In this document: positions 14,009-27,486 of the stretch, piece after piece
Position numbering within the stretch: the first letter of the stretch is position 1
How the letters are laid out: every line of letters starts with the position of its first letter
Assembly: GCF_001194135.2 (NCBI RefSeq)
Contig: NC_068986.1
Location: forward strand, 90,779,130-90,843,129
Reading direction: 5' to 3'
Length of the DNA stretch: 64,000 nucleotides
Origin: Octopus bimaculoides
Taxonomy: Eukaryota
Made by a program: the position numbers and the translations under genes
Notes under the pieces: generated by a model
What the model was told of the DNA's origin: nothing
The model's database searches: none
Seen by the model: the letters and a program-made list of their open reading frames with translations, nothing else

Positions 14009-16889
14009 CTGCAAAGGGATTAAAAGAAAAGAACTTTTTAAAAAGATTGAGGAGAGGAATCAGTAAGTCATCCTAAATTCTTGGAAAGTAAATCCATCAT
14101 CCCCACCAACTGTTCAAGATTTTCCAGGAAATATTTTCAAATCAGCTGATTACCAGTTAGACCAATATTCTGCAAGTACCCAGGGATATGTGAAGGAATG
14201 TGTCTAAGTGATTAGGGTGTTGGACTGATAAAGACATGAGTTCAATTCCTAGACTGGGCAGTATGCTGCATCCACGATCAAAGCACATCATCTCACATTG
14301 CTCCAGTCTATCATCATCATCATCATCAGTTTAACATCCATGGCTTTGGGTGGTTTGACAGGAACTGATGAGCCAAAGTTCTGTGCAAAGCTCCAATGTC
14401 CATTTGGAATGGTTTCTATAACTGGATTCCCTTCCTAAAGCCATTTACTTCACAGCATGTACTTGTGTACTTTTTACATGGCACTGGCACTAGTCAGATG
14501 AAAATGAATACAGTTGATTGCTGCTTCAGCCCTCCTTGTCACATCCTTGATATTCTGCTGGATCAAGGTTGAGAAGGAATATGTCTACTCATGACTACAT
14601 AGGCAGTGAAAACAATTTGCCAAAGTGGTACAAACTCCCAGGTTATATTCACTTGTGGATGAGTTAAACCTGTACATGTATACAGCCAAGGATTTCCTTC
14701 AAATTACATTATCCATACCGCCTTTTTACATAGTTTGCTAGAATAGTCCGTCTCCCTTACATCACTTTATACTAAGTGACAATACTTTGGCTTGCTGGAT
14801 CAACAATTCATATGCTGCTACTACAGAAAGGAATACATCAAAATATCCTCAGCCCAGAGAACTATACCTAATGCTTACAACAGTGTGAACACTGCAAAAG
14901 CACTCAAGAGCCATAGAGTGGTAACTTTGATATTGGTACAAAGCATTTTTTTTTTAATTATGTCAGAATATGAGGGTCCGGTACCTATAGTGTAAATTTG
15001 TTCAAATAAATACCAGTAGACAAAACAGATTCTTGGTCACAATTTTGGAAAGTTTAACGAGGAAATTTGTCATATGAGACATAGTAGGAATGATAAAACA
15101 GGTGGGTTTACCTCTTGCAAAATATCAACTACTTGGCAAAAATGCAGTAACAAATTGGCCAGTTATTCACAAAACGAAATCAATACAAGAGGCTTGGTTT
15201 ACCTGCTAGATGCAGACAGAGACACAAAGGTACCAAGAGAGCTCTAAAGAAATGGGTAGACAATATGAGAAAAGATAGGAGGAAAGGAATTAAAGCAGAC
15301 ATAGGATGGGGAGCTCAGGATTAGAGGGCTTCTTTAGGTATAACATTCAAGCAGGTTCAAAATCTAGAAACATTCAAACTTCCCTTTGATAAAACATTTG
15401 AAATATTTAGAGAGGTGGTGTAGAAGAGGGTGAGATAGAATGAATACAGAGTAACCAGAGACTATTGTGATGATGAAAACCAGAGAAGACAACCTCCTCC
15501 ACCTTGATATATAATTCCCATCACCCTGACAGCTAATTTATAAGAGGACAGCAGTAAAACTGTAATAAACCCTCATCTCAGTCAACTGTTACCATGCTAA
15601 CCATGAGAATATTACACTAAAATGACCAGTCTGTGTTCCCCTAACATTTAATGACATTTAAAAGATGATCTTGCCAATAAATAATTAAACCAAGCTTTTA
15701 TCCTTTTCATATCCTCAAAGGAGGTGTGTGTGTATGTACACACATACACACACAAATGCATATATTTGTGTGTGTATGTATTATACATGTATATACTGAA
15801 GAGATACTATTTTAGGTTTGTGCTTTAGTTTTCCCTGAATCCTTGCTTGCTCGCTCTCTCCCCTATACTACAGAGAATGACATGACAAAGAAATACTTAG
15901 TTACTCATGAAGGGACTTCCAAAATGAACACATCGAGAATGTGTGTCTGAATTCAGAACACAAAGATCCTGTCCAACATTAATAATTCCATAACTGCACC
16001 ACCCAAGACTGCAGGACAAATATCATAAAGAACTGTATCCAATGGTTTACTGACTGCCAGTTCATCTGCAAATGCATGGACATACACACACTTGGATTGC
16101 ATTACCCTACTCAATAAAACAGACCAAATATCATGTACATAGTGTTAATGTTTGATTTTGTACAAATGTATGGAAGCCTGTGGCATATAAAAACAAAAAT
16201 AGCTATAAAGAAATTATATATATATATGAGGTTAGGTGTAAATATACTGGCATTCCATTGGTTACAACAAGGATTTCAGTTGATCTGATCAACAGAACAG
16301 CCTGTTTGTGAAATTAACGTGCATGTGGCTGAGCACTCCACAGACATGTACCCTTAATGTAGTTCTCAGGAAGATTCAGCATGACACAGTGTGACAAGGC
16401 TGACCCTTTGAAATACAAGTACAACTCATTTTTGCAAGCTGAGTGAACTGGACAGAGCATTGTCAAGAATTGAACTCTTAACCTTATGATCACGAGCAAA
16501 TTACCCCAACTACTAAACCACGCACCTTCACTTAGTTATGAATAGTTAAGAGGAATCATTTTACAGACTTTTACATTGTGTATTTTATAATATTTATAAT
16601 GTTTTTTTCAATCTAGTCATCCGTCTTATTACTGGATAGACATGGTTTTAAACTGGATTCAAACCAACTCAGAAACTATTTCTTTACTGAAGACACTAAA
16701 CTTAGGATAGTTACATGAAGGATCCTAGCTAGAATTCAGTTAATGATGTGTTTGTGTGTGTGTGTGTGTGTGCGTGCACATGCACACACATTGTCCCCCA
16801 CAAAAATGTGTACACACTTTAAAAGCAGATAATTTCCATTGTGGATTTGACCCTTTAGAAATAATGAAGGGAGCCAGACCAAGCTTTGA

Positions 16890-17887
16890 ACAGAGGAAAT
16901 TTAGTCCTAAAGTACTACTGGAAGTTTGAAATACAGTTGAAGTGCAAAAACAGTTTAGGTGGAGTATCAAACAAATCCATCTATGTGACTTCCCATCACT
17001 TGAAGTAGAGATAAGTCAAAAAAGATAGAACTATTTAAAATGTCCCCAAGTAGTATTCCAGAAAATGACCTACACAAAGCAAGAAAGGATACCAGAAATG
17101 TATTTCTCGAGTTGAAGAAAATCTGTGTAACAAGCAAGTCATAGACAAATTTCAAAATCAAGCATTCTGAAGTGCTGTCATTGAAAACTTCTATTCTAAG
17201 AGTAGTCCAAGATCTCAACAAAGATTATCCAGACAGAAGTGTAGAGTTTTTCAAGTGGTACTTTAGAAGATATGTAGAGGATGCACACTTTCCAACAAAG
17301 ACTGGAGTAAGGAGGTTAAATTTAAATTAAATGGCTCAATCAATCATCACAATTGCACTCACTGGGAACTTAAGCATCTGCATACTACAGAGGCATATGT
17401 TAATTTATTAGGATCTACTGATTTATCAAAAGGATTGGACTTCTTTTTTGTTATGGTACAGTGAATGCTTCCATTAACTTTAACATGTGACAATGTCATG
17501 TTGAGCATTCAAGAAGACATTGAAGATGTAGAGATTTATTTCCAGCAAGATGGGGTACCTGACATGTTCACCAGACCTCATGCCAATAGATTTTTTATGG
17601 AAATACTCAAGGGATAAAGTTTACAGTACAATCCCAGCAACAGACAAATCAGGAGAAGCCACTGAACAAAAGTGCACAGAGATACCGAACAAAATTTTTC
17701 TTGATCTCCACAATTCCATCGTTTTATCAACAGTGCCTGGACCAGAACAATCACCAGTTTGAAAACAAACTTCCATTTAAAAAACTGAATTGTCTAGATT
17801 CCATTAGATTTCAAAAATGAAATTCATTTCAATAAACACTGACTTATAGTCATTCAATGTGTGCATACATTTTGGAGGATACTCTGT
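16890..17887 (+). mobile_element. Decayed Tc1/mariner-superfamily transposon
   Basis: Remnants DLNKDYPDRSVEFF, KLNGSINHHNC, QQDG, SPDLMPIDFLW; degenerate right TIR; left boundary approximate. Confidence 0.75.
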
Positions 17888-20800
17888 TTTTATGTGTGTA
17901 TGTATATATTCACTTTGTAAGGTGGTTGGTGCCAAGAAGGGCATACTGCCATAAAAACCATGCCAAAACAGACGGTGAAACCCAGTGTAGTCTTCTGCCT
18001 AGCCAGCCCTTATCAATCTGTCCATACCAGAATGGAAAATGGACATTAAATAATAAGAAATAAGACACCTGATTGTAATTGGAGACAAAAATAAATACTG
18101 TAAATATACATTTTGATGAGATTAATAACCTAGAAAATTATAGGGTTGGTCCTAATTTAAATAAAAGGGATTGTAGAAAGATCTCATATTAACAGATTAA
18201 AAAAAAACAAAAAAACTTAAAACACTAAAGTGGGCCAACTTACCTAGAGAAATTTAGAGTTGCTTGACCTACTAAAAATAGATACATATACTATCAAACC
18301 TACACCAACTGATGGTCATTTCTATCTTCTCTAAACATGTATATAATACAATTAGAGAACATGAATAATTAAGATAGCAGTAATATTTGGAAAAAAATCT
18401 AATTCAGTCAACAATGCATTCATTCAGTTGTAAGACTTAACAAGGTTCTCTTATTGATTTACGTAACTCATTTCAACACAAGACCAAATATTCATATACA
18501 AAATCACTACAACAAAAAGATATTGTAAAAGTGACATTGAACAATTACTACAAATGAAGATGAAGGATTCTTATTGGAAACATGTAACACAGTCGGCAAT
18601 AAAAAAAAAAAAGAAAATAAGGACACAATGGATTGAGCAATTTGGTCTTTTTCATCACAGGACTTATTTGAAGCTGACCTCAGATTAAACAAAGTTGTCA
18701 CAATCAGAGGATGAAGAGCCTCAAAGAACTAAGTTTAATTTGTATTCAAATGTAAAACTAGCCACTGGCAAAGTCTGCAAAAGGCCTAGAGGAAAAAGTT
18801 GTTTAAACCTTAAATCCAAAACAGTTGCTTACCTGTCAACCTGAAAGTAAAAATTTATTTACTACAGGCACTTACAGTTCTCCTCTAGTACTAGAAAGGA
18901 CCCTGCCCTGATCTTAGTCTAGATCAAACATTTCAAGGATACTTTAGCAAAACAGTCATCCATCTACCACTTAATCATGAAGGTAATATGGCTTAGAGGT
19001 TAGAGTGTTGGGCCCGTCATCATAAAATTGTGGTTTTGGTTCCTGGACCAGGCAATACATTGTGTTCTTGAGCAAAACACTTCATTCTCATGTTGCTCCA
19101 GTCCACTCAGCTGACAAAAATGAATAATCCTGCAATGGATTGGCGTCCTGTCCAAATGGGGAACATATAAGCCATGAACCTTGGAAACAGGCCCTTATGA
19201 GCCAGTATGACTTGAAAAGGTAACTTTATTTAATGTACACACTGCCTTTCTAAAAGATCTCAGATCTGGTGTCTATTCACATCAGTTGGCTGAAGTGAAG
19301 CTTGATAAAGTCTCATAAAAGTGCTTGATAAAGTCTCCTTTCAAGGGATTAAAAACAAACTAGTAATCCATGCCTTATCCAGTAAATCATTTTGCCATAG
19401 CTATACTATTATTCACAGAATCTAATTTATACAGATTACTGCCTGAATTATAGTACTATAACCAGAAATGTAAATACATTAACTAAGTTGATACACATAA
19501 GAGTTACAGCAGGAAACAAGGGAGAAGGAAGTAGAAATCATGAAACAAATATAATTAACCTTTCAAATTATGCCAACAAGTGTTAAAAAATAAAAACAAA
19601 CTTCTAAAATACAAAAATGACATTAACCTATGTGTTTATTATATCATTCTGGGAAGTTATGGTTGTCTACCAGACCTACTGACATTATTATTAAAATAAA
19701 CTTTTAAGCTATCACAAACATATCACACACACTATAAAACATCAATCAGCTAAGTATATTTCATGATTGTGTAGCTAATTCATCTATTTCAATAGAAATA
19801 GCAACTTGCTTAAGCCAACCCTAAATCTCCTGTTAGTGACCCAATATACACTATCCATGCTTAAAATATTGTACTTAAATCAAAATCTAATTTGAAATCT
19901 CATTCCATAAAACCTCAGTAAGTGACAATTTTGTTATAGAATTTTTATTTCAGTTTTTTTTAAAGATCTTACTATTACTAATAATCAAGAAATTCACTTA
20001 ATTGCTAGAGAAAGCAGCTCTATCTCCCTCAAATCACATTGCCTTCATAAGATAAAAAAGCAGGGGACACAAACACTGATGAAACATTTTAAATTATAGG
20101 TCTCCTAGAGATACACAACCAATAAATTGACCACTGTAGCCCCTAAAATACATGTTGAATGGTCAGAGTTAGAATACTTCTGATTATAGGTCAAACAACA
20201 AGAACCTACTCGTAAAATCTGTTTTAAAAGAATGGAGACCATAATTGGAAAACTGAGTAAAGAGGTTTTTATACCAAACAGCTAAAACTTTGATGTCAAG
20301 AGAGCATTATTTTTAAAGTTCTCAAGAATAAAGGCACAAAGATAAATGACAAAGCAAGTGTCCAGTAGATCTGTTCTACATAAATCATACCAATTATCAC
20401 TAAAGGAAAGACTGAAACTTAAGGAAACAAAGGAGTGATTCTTTATAAATATTTCCATTATCTTTAAGGTGTTGGATGTGAAGGTAGTATACTCCTGCAC
20501 TACCTTTAAAGATTGAGTTATGTGAGGGGTGAGAAAGGATATAATTAAGAGAATGGGTTCAGCAACTTACTATGCTACCCAAAATGGACCATAGGAGAAA
20601 CATTTGCTGCTATAATTGGCATTGAACTTGCAAAGCTGACAAGAAGTATTGAAGTATCAGTGAAATACAACTGAACAGTGCAAGAGGTATTAACATGATT
20701 AGGCAAGAATGAGACAACAGAGTTGATGTAGAGATTATTATCAGAAGTGAAAAAGATGTCAAGGTTATTTTGAGTGTGGTCTGCCAGGGACATATTTAGT

Positions 20801-23800
20801 AACTGTAGCTAGTCACTAACATAATTCAGAGTGACAAAATATTTAGCCTATGTGCAAGAACTAAGGAGTCATGTATACTGCTAGCAAGATTGGGTCCTTA
20901 AGGACATGAAAATTTCATAACTGCTAGTTATTGAATAAGTTGAACCTAGAATTTGAGAAGTGGGGAAAGTGTTTTATGCATGCATGACCATCACCCTTCA
21001 GAAATATAGATTGAAATATAGATTGCGACATGAATATTTATGTCTCAGAAGAATAAAGAATGTTAAGGGTTAAAACTAAATAGTGCACAACATTGAAACT
21101 GACTTTCTATGGTGCTATAACCAATATATAATCAATGAACTATGAATAAATAACACTTCAAAAGTGCTGCTGCTACTACTAACACAAGCTTACAAAAGCT
21201 GGTACCGTTAATTAAATCAACTACCCCTTCCCACACACACACATATATATATATATACTACCAGCAATACACAGGGTTGAATGAATTCAGCCCAGTGTAT
21301 TCCTCCTTTGCAAAGATTGGTCTTGTGCCAAACAAAGAAAAACCACACTTAAACATTAAAATAATGTAATGAGATTAAAACATACTATATGTGTGCATGT
21401 GTGTGTGAGAGAGAGATCATACCTTAAAATTCTTAATTGATAATCTCAGATCAATATTGTAGCAGTTTGCATGGCTATCTTTTAAGACATCATGACTGCA
21501 CAAATTGAATATAGGACAGTGCAGCATTCTGGACATTATGCTGGGTCTGCTGGTGCTAGCAATATTCTGCCTGTCTATATCAGAATGTATTTTATATTTT
21601 ATTAAAAACGATGAATCCAACAAAGCACATTTTTGTTAGACTCCTTGTTAAAACATAAATGCTCACACTGAGTATCTTTATTCTAAGCAACCCATGTTCT
21701 TATGAACAGGTAACCCCAGGACTGTAATATGCTATTATATATATATATATATATATATATCTCAATCCATCCATAGAAACCATGCAAAAGGTGATGACTG
21801 GAGCCTGGTACAGCCCTCTGGCTTGCTACCTCCTGTTAAACTGTCCAACTCACCAGTATAAAAAACAGACATCAAAGGATGATGATGGTGATATATATTT
21901 ATTGTTTCTGTCATTGGATTGTGCCCATGCTGGGACACCACCTTGAATAGCTTAATTGAACAAATCAACCCCAGTACTTGCATTTAAGTCTCGTACTGAT
22001 TTTATTGATCTTTTATCAAAGTCCTAAGTTACAGAGACAAACAAACCAACACCGGTTGTCAGAGAGTGGTGGGGGACAAACACAAAGGAATACATACGCA
22101 CACACATATATATATATACATATATACATGATGAGGACATGTGAAAGCTTGAAAGAAATTAAGCCAGCATGCTCTGGTAGCAGACAATAGGACTGAAACT
22201 ATGAAGTTAGGAATCAAACTTAACCAAAGAGCAATGCTTGTGTGTATATATTTTATCTTTCTCTGGTTTCAGGCATAAGACTGCAGCCATGCTGGGGCAC
22301 CACTTTGAATTTTAGTCAAACAAATCAACCCCAGTACTTATTGTTTTGGAGCCTGGTACTTATTCTATCAGTCCCTTTTGCCAAACTGCTAAGTTACAGG
22401 GACACAAACACCAGTTGTCAAGCAATGGTGGGAGACAGAAACAAAGACAAACATGCACATACACACACAATGTTATATCCAATGTATTGCTGTAAAATTG
22501 GGCCCCATAAGGTTTTTATCAGTAGCTTTGTATGAGGCTTGAACCAAAACCTACAGATTTTTTTTTTTAGCCCAACAATATGCAAAAGAGTTTTAGAGGT
22601 GACATAACCCTGTAAATGCAATTTATGTAAGAGGGTAATAAAAGCTGATACAGGACTGATACTGCAGTCCTCAACTGGTACTAGGCTTTCCAATGAAAAT
22701 CTCATGTAGAAATGGCATCATAAAATGCACCAAGTCAATACTGTAATATTATTGCCAATTGGAAGGCAATGAGTCATAAGAAAACATCAATTCACAAAAA
22801 CTAGGAGATTCTTTGCTGTTTGTGCCAAATGATGAAGGATTGAGACAGGTGATGAAACACTGTGGTACTAATTCAATCAATACACCAGAATGGGAAATAC
22901 TGCTCTAAACAGATACACATAGTAACTTTATGTGAATGTATATACACATACACATCATCATCGTTTAACGTCCGCTTTCCATGCTAGCATGGGTTGGACG
23001 ATTTGACTGAGGACTGGTGAAACCGGATGGCAACACCAGGCTCCAATCTAATTTGGCAGAGTTTCTTCAGACTAACCATTAAACAATCTAAACACTTGCT
23101 TGGGTGCACCAGTCTTTTCTTCCTAATACTGGATTTATCAGGAAGCAAACGGCAAATAAGTCTTTTCTTTTAAAAAGAAGTATTGACAATTTGCCTTTTA
23201 ATTGTTACCCTAGTTTAAAACAATTTGCTTATATTGCTGTTATTAAACAATTCTGTGGTGGCTGACCAAGGGATATTGTTTCCAAACTTCGCTAACTAAT
23301 GCTTCTCGCCTCCTTGTCAACATCCCCATTCCCCCAATATTCATATACATACATCTAATATCAGACCAGAGTAATTTAAATCCGGGTTTGACGATGCCGT
23401 TGCTATTATAGTCAACGCAGTTCACCAAGATAATACACTAAAAAAAAAAAAAAAATTATACATAAGCACAATTTACTTAGTGAGTGCAACACCCAGTTTT
23501 CCAAGAGGATGCTCAAAGCATTTTCATTGCCTCTGCCCCACCCCAAAAAAGAAAAAAAATTAGAGGACGCACTTGCACCCCCTGTTCCAGAGCCTATGTA
23601 ATAAGTTAATATTATATAGGAGCAAAATCATTTGAGAGCTATCCCATCTCCTTCGCTAGAATTTGATCCTGAAAGTGTATGGTTGTGATTCCGCGCACGT
23701 GCTTGCATGTGAAAAGGTTTGCGTATAAACACGCACACGAGTGAGCGAGCGAATAAGGAAGTTAACGCACAGATTGGGGATGGGTCAACTTTCCAGTGTT

Positions 23801-25989
23801 CCAGTTTTAAGTAGCTGACAATAAAAGAGAAACGGTCATGTGTTTTGTAAGGAGGATTTTTACCAGATTGAATGTCCTAAGAAATTTGCTGGTTATTGAA
23901 GAAATGAGTTGATTATGCACAAATAATAAAGAATACTATTTTAAATTTTCATCCACAATTGATTTATCAGTTTTTGTTAAAAATGTTTTTTTTTAAACTT
24001 TTTCCGCCCACGCACTTCCTTTACTACAAAACTGAACACATGCATCCTATCACGGGATTCTGTAACAAGAGCAAAAAAAATAAATAAACAAACAATTAAA
24101 TGTCATTTCCCCACACACCCGATTCACCTCATACATTTTTCTACATGTACCCTTCGGTATTTAGACAACTTTTAATATATAACGTTACATCTGCTTTGTA
24201 ACTCAGGTGAAACGGATGTCTCGTGTAGTTGTTTATAGGAATAAAAGGGAAAATGACTGTAAATCATTGTAGATGTAGCTTTATTTTTCAGACATTTCAA
24301 CGAGCAATAAAGCGACGAAAGGAGAGAGATTAAGTTTGTGACGTAAACATGGAATATGTAAGGTTAATGAGTTAATGAATACTTATTAACTCTCGTTACA
24401 GATCATAATGTGACAAATACGAGATGAGTCAGCTTCTACGTGGATTTTCGACCTGCTAGAAATAGGTACCAAATCTCTAATTCACACACCACCTATCTTG
24501 GAAAAGGACAATGGATAAGGTGGTCCTGGGTTCCCTGGACATACGAAATTGACGGGAGGATAACGGCCGGAATTTCTTTGTTTTATCAGAGCTGACCGTG
24601 GGTTGAACAACACACACTAGTGATCTTTAATGAATATAATTTTGAAAGTTTTTCCTATGTTACAAAGCCACATATTTATGGGGAGGGATGTAGTCGATGG
24701 ACTAGATTCATTTGCACTTTATGAGGATAAAAATATACTTCAGAAAATAAAATAAAAAGCTAAACGAACGTCGGCGATGAGACTTTTTTTTTTTTTGTTA
24801 ATATTAGCAAAGGGTTACAAATGTGGTGTGTGGTGGAACGGGAGTAGGGGCAGTAAATTCGATTAAACTTTCTCCAGTAAATGCGTTGAGGGGAGAAACT
24901 GAATCACTAAACTCATACATCAGCACGTGAGAGTGAGTATGCAAAGACACTCCTTAAGAACAGTTCAATGACCGTTAATCATACACCGTATACAAAATCT
25001 GCATGATGCAATATTCGACACACTGGATAAAAAAACTGGAGGGATTAAAGTCAGTGATTAAGTACAAGGCTACATTTGTGAGAAAGAAAGAGAAAGGAAA
25101 TGAGAGAAGCGAATATGAAAGTGGTTCGTATATAACTTTTACTCGTTTCAGTCATTGGACTGAGGCTATGTTGGGGCACTGCTTTGAAGGATTTAGTCGA
25201 ACAGATCGATCCCAGTACATATATATTTTTCTAATCTGGTACATTCTATCGCTCTCAAACCGGTGTTACGGTGACGTAAACAAACTATCACTGGTTGTTA
25301 CGCAGTGGTGCCGAAGGGGCAATAGTTAGAAGCACCTTCCCAAGGTTGAAAAGCGAAGATCTTTTCAACACCTAAATTATGAATAAGGAACAGTGAAATA
25401 CGGAGCTATTTAAGAAATCATTTTCAAAGAGGGTACAGTGTGACTTGGGTGTTATTTCTACCAGGTTGAACGATTCCTTGAGGATGGGGTAGGGAACTTC
25501 ACTAGAACCAAGGGTTAAGTGCAAGAACTTATAGACTATGAGCAAAGCTGAATTTACTATTAAGAAAAATAAGCAGGCAGGTCAACAAATAAAGAAAAAG
25601 AGAAGCAGAATATTTTTCCAGTGTTGAACTTTAGTGCACACACTCAAGCAGTCTTCCTGCAATTTCCATCTGCCAAATTCATTCATATGGTACAGGCTGG
25701 CCCAATACTATAGAAGACACTTATCCAAGATGTCATAATACATCTTTATTTAAAATTCTAAAACAATTTGACACTAAACCGAAGGATTACTAGATACTCT
25801 TTAGCAGAGTACATGTAAATTTTTACAAAGATGGCAAACAAGCTTAAACTTCGAAGTTATCCTCTCACAGAGAAGATAAAACTTTGTGAGGAATGGTGAT
25901 ATGCGGTGCTTAAGAAAATCCTGCCAGCTATGCTAGCATGGGAAAACTGAGGTTCTGAAAGCATAATGCGTGTGCACACAACAGTCAAG

Positions 25990-26570
25990 CTTGCACCTTT
26001 TTCTTATATATCATCATTTAGCGTCTGTTGTCCATGCTGACATGAGTTGGCCAGTTTGACTGGGCTGGCATGCTAGAAGGTTGCACCAGAATCCAGTCTG
26101 ATTTGGCATGGTTTTCTACAGCCGAGTGCTCTTCCTAATGCCAACCACTCCAAGAGTGTAATGGATGCTTTTACGCACCACTGGAATAGGTACCATTTGC
26201 ATGACACTAGGGTGCATTTACATGCCACCAGTACAGATGTCAATTTGCGTCACTTATCTGCTACAACTGCAATTTTGCGCAGTTCAATAGGTCTTCTCTA
26301 GCACAACATAATGCCAAAGGTCTTGGTCATTGCCTCCAAGAGGTCCCCATGCTTGAAACGAACTCAGCCACTTCGCCTCTGTGAGGCCCAACATTCAAAA
26401 GATGTTCTTTACGTGCCACCAACACAGCTGCACATGGCTTGTCAGGTCCTCTCAAGCACAGTACATCACTAAAGGTCTCAGTCAGCAGTCACTGCCTCTG
26501 TAGGGCTCAATGTTTGAAGATCATGCTTCACAACCTTGTCCCTTGTCCTCCTGTGTCTACCTCTACCACA
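25990..26570 (-). mobile_element. Degenerate RTE LINE 3' end
   Basis: Partly duplicated homologues of the GRPRKTW...TEAM region followed by the shared RTE/SINE tail. Confidence 0.65.
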
Positions 26571-27237
26571 GGTTACCTCCACAAATTATTCTCAGATTAC
26601 AATAATAGTTAGCTACTTTTCGTGCATTTGAAAACATTGAAATTTAAAGAGTATAGAAGATTACATAATTCAAATGAAATTCATAGACGGAATACAATCA
26701 GTTGAATATCATGTAAATCATTAAAAAAAAATCTTCAATCAAAACTTAATACAGTGGAAGTTCAGTTTAACAAATACCTCTCAACATGAGCAAATCGGTT
26801 TGTGAACAATTTTTTAAACACAAATATTTCAGGTGATGAACAGTGTCTCGAGTAACGAACATGCAAGCTGGCAACGACAGTTGGTGATAAGCTGGGAGTA
26901 TCAAAGGGAGATAGTTCCTGCTGAGGTTCTACTATGGGGAAAAATAATTTTGGTTTATTAACATTTCAGGTGAAAAAGCCTTCGGGTAAAATTTAAATTT
27001 GTTAACAGGTTCCACTGTACAGGCATTGAATTTATACAATAGCATGAAATGATTTCTAAATTTCAAATAACCAAATTGAAAACACAAATATTAGGGTGGC
27101 CTTGATATTGCGACATGTTGATAAAAGAATAAACCTGGTTCTAAGCATTGTTTTAGTGGATATAAGCATAACCCATCAAAATATCCAGTCAGTGGTTAAG
27201 TAAATTAAATTTAATATAAACATTTATTTTCAAGCAG

Positions 27238-27486
27238 TTTGTAAATCCACAAAAGCAGTTGAAGGATTTGAAAATAAGATTTCAAGGATTCATGAAATCG
27301 GTTGAAAGCAATACTAAAATGACCAAAGCAAAAGTCAATCTTAATGTTAAGATGCAATTTATCACTGACAGTGAGATAACTGATATCTCAAAAGTGGATT
27401 GGTTTTATAAACCAAAATGCAATCACAAGTTAAAACAATTTGTTCCATCATACATTGATATTTTGGAGAAACTTGAAGCACTTGTT
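27238..27486 (+). other. Candidate exon or decayed coding remnant with weak C1orf109/AIRIM-like similarity
   Basis: 83 open codons between TTTTCAAGCAG and GTGAGC. NL..MQ...D...F...K...KQ...DILEKL aligns by eye to C1orf109 as recalled. No downstream exon was found. Confidence 0.3.

Noticed and set aside
18833-18840. 8-nt microexon-like GTTGACAG with strong acceptor and donor
   Set aside because: It would frameshift the EMI gene in its phase-2 intron. At best it is a poison exon, with no support from sequence alone.
20614-20697. Signal-peptide-like MLIPLALFSCISLILQYFLSALQVQCQL on the minus strand
   Set aside because: It ends in a stop with no good donor. The exon at 32373-32521 fits phase and splice consensus far better.
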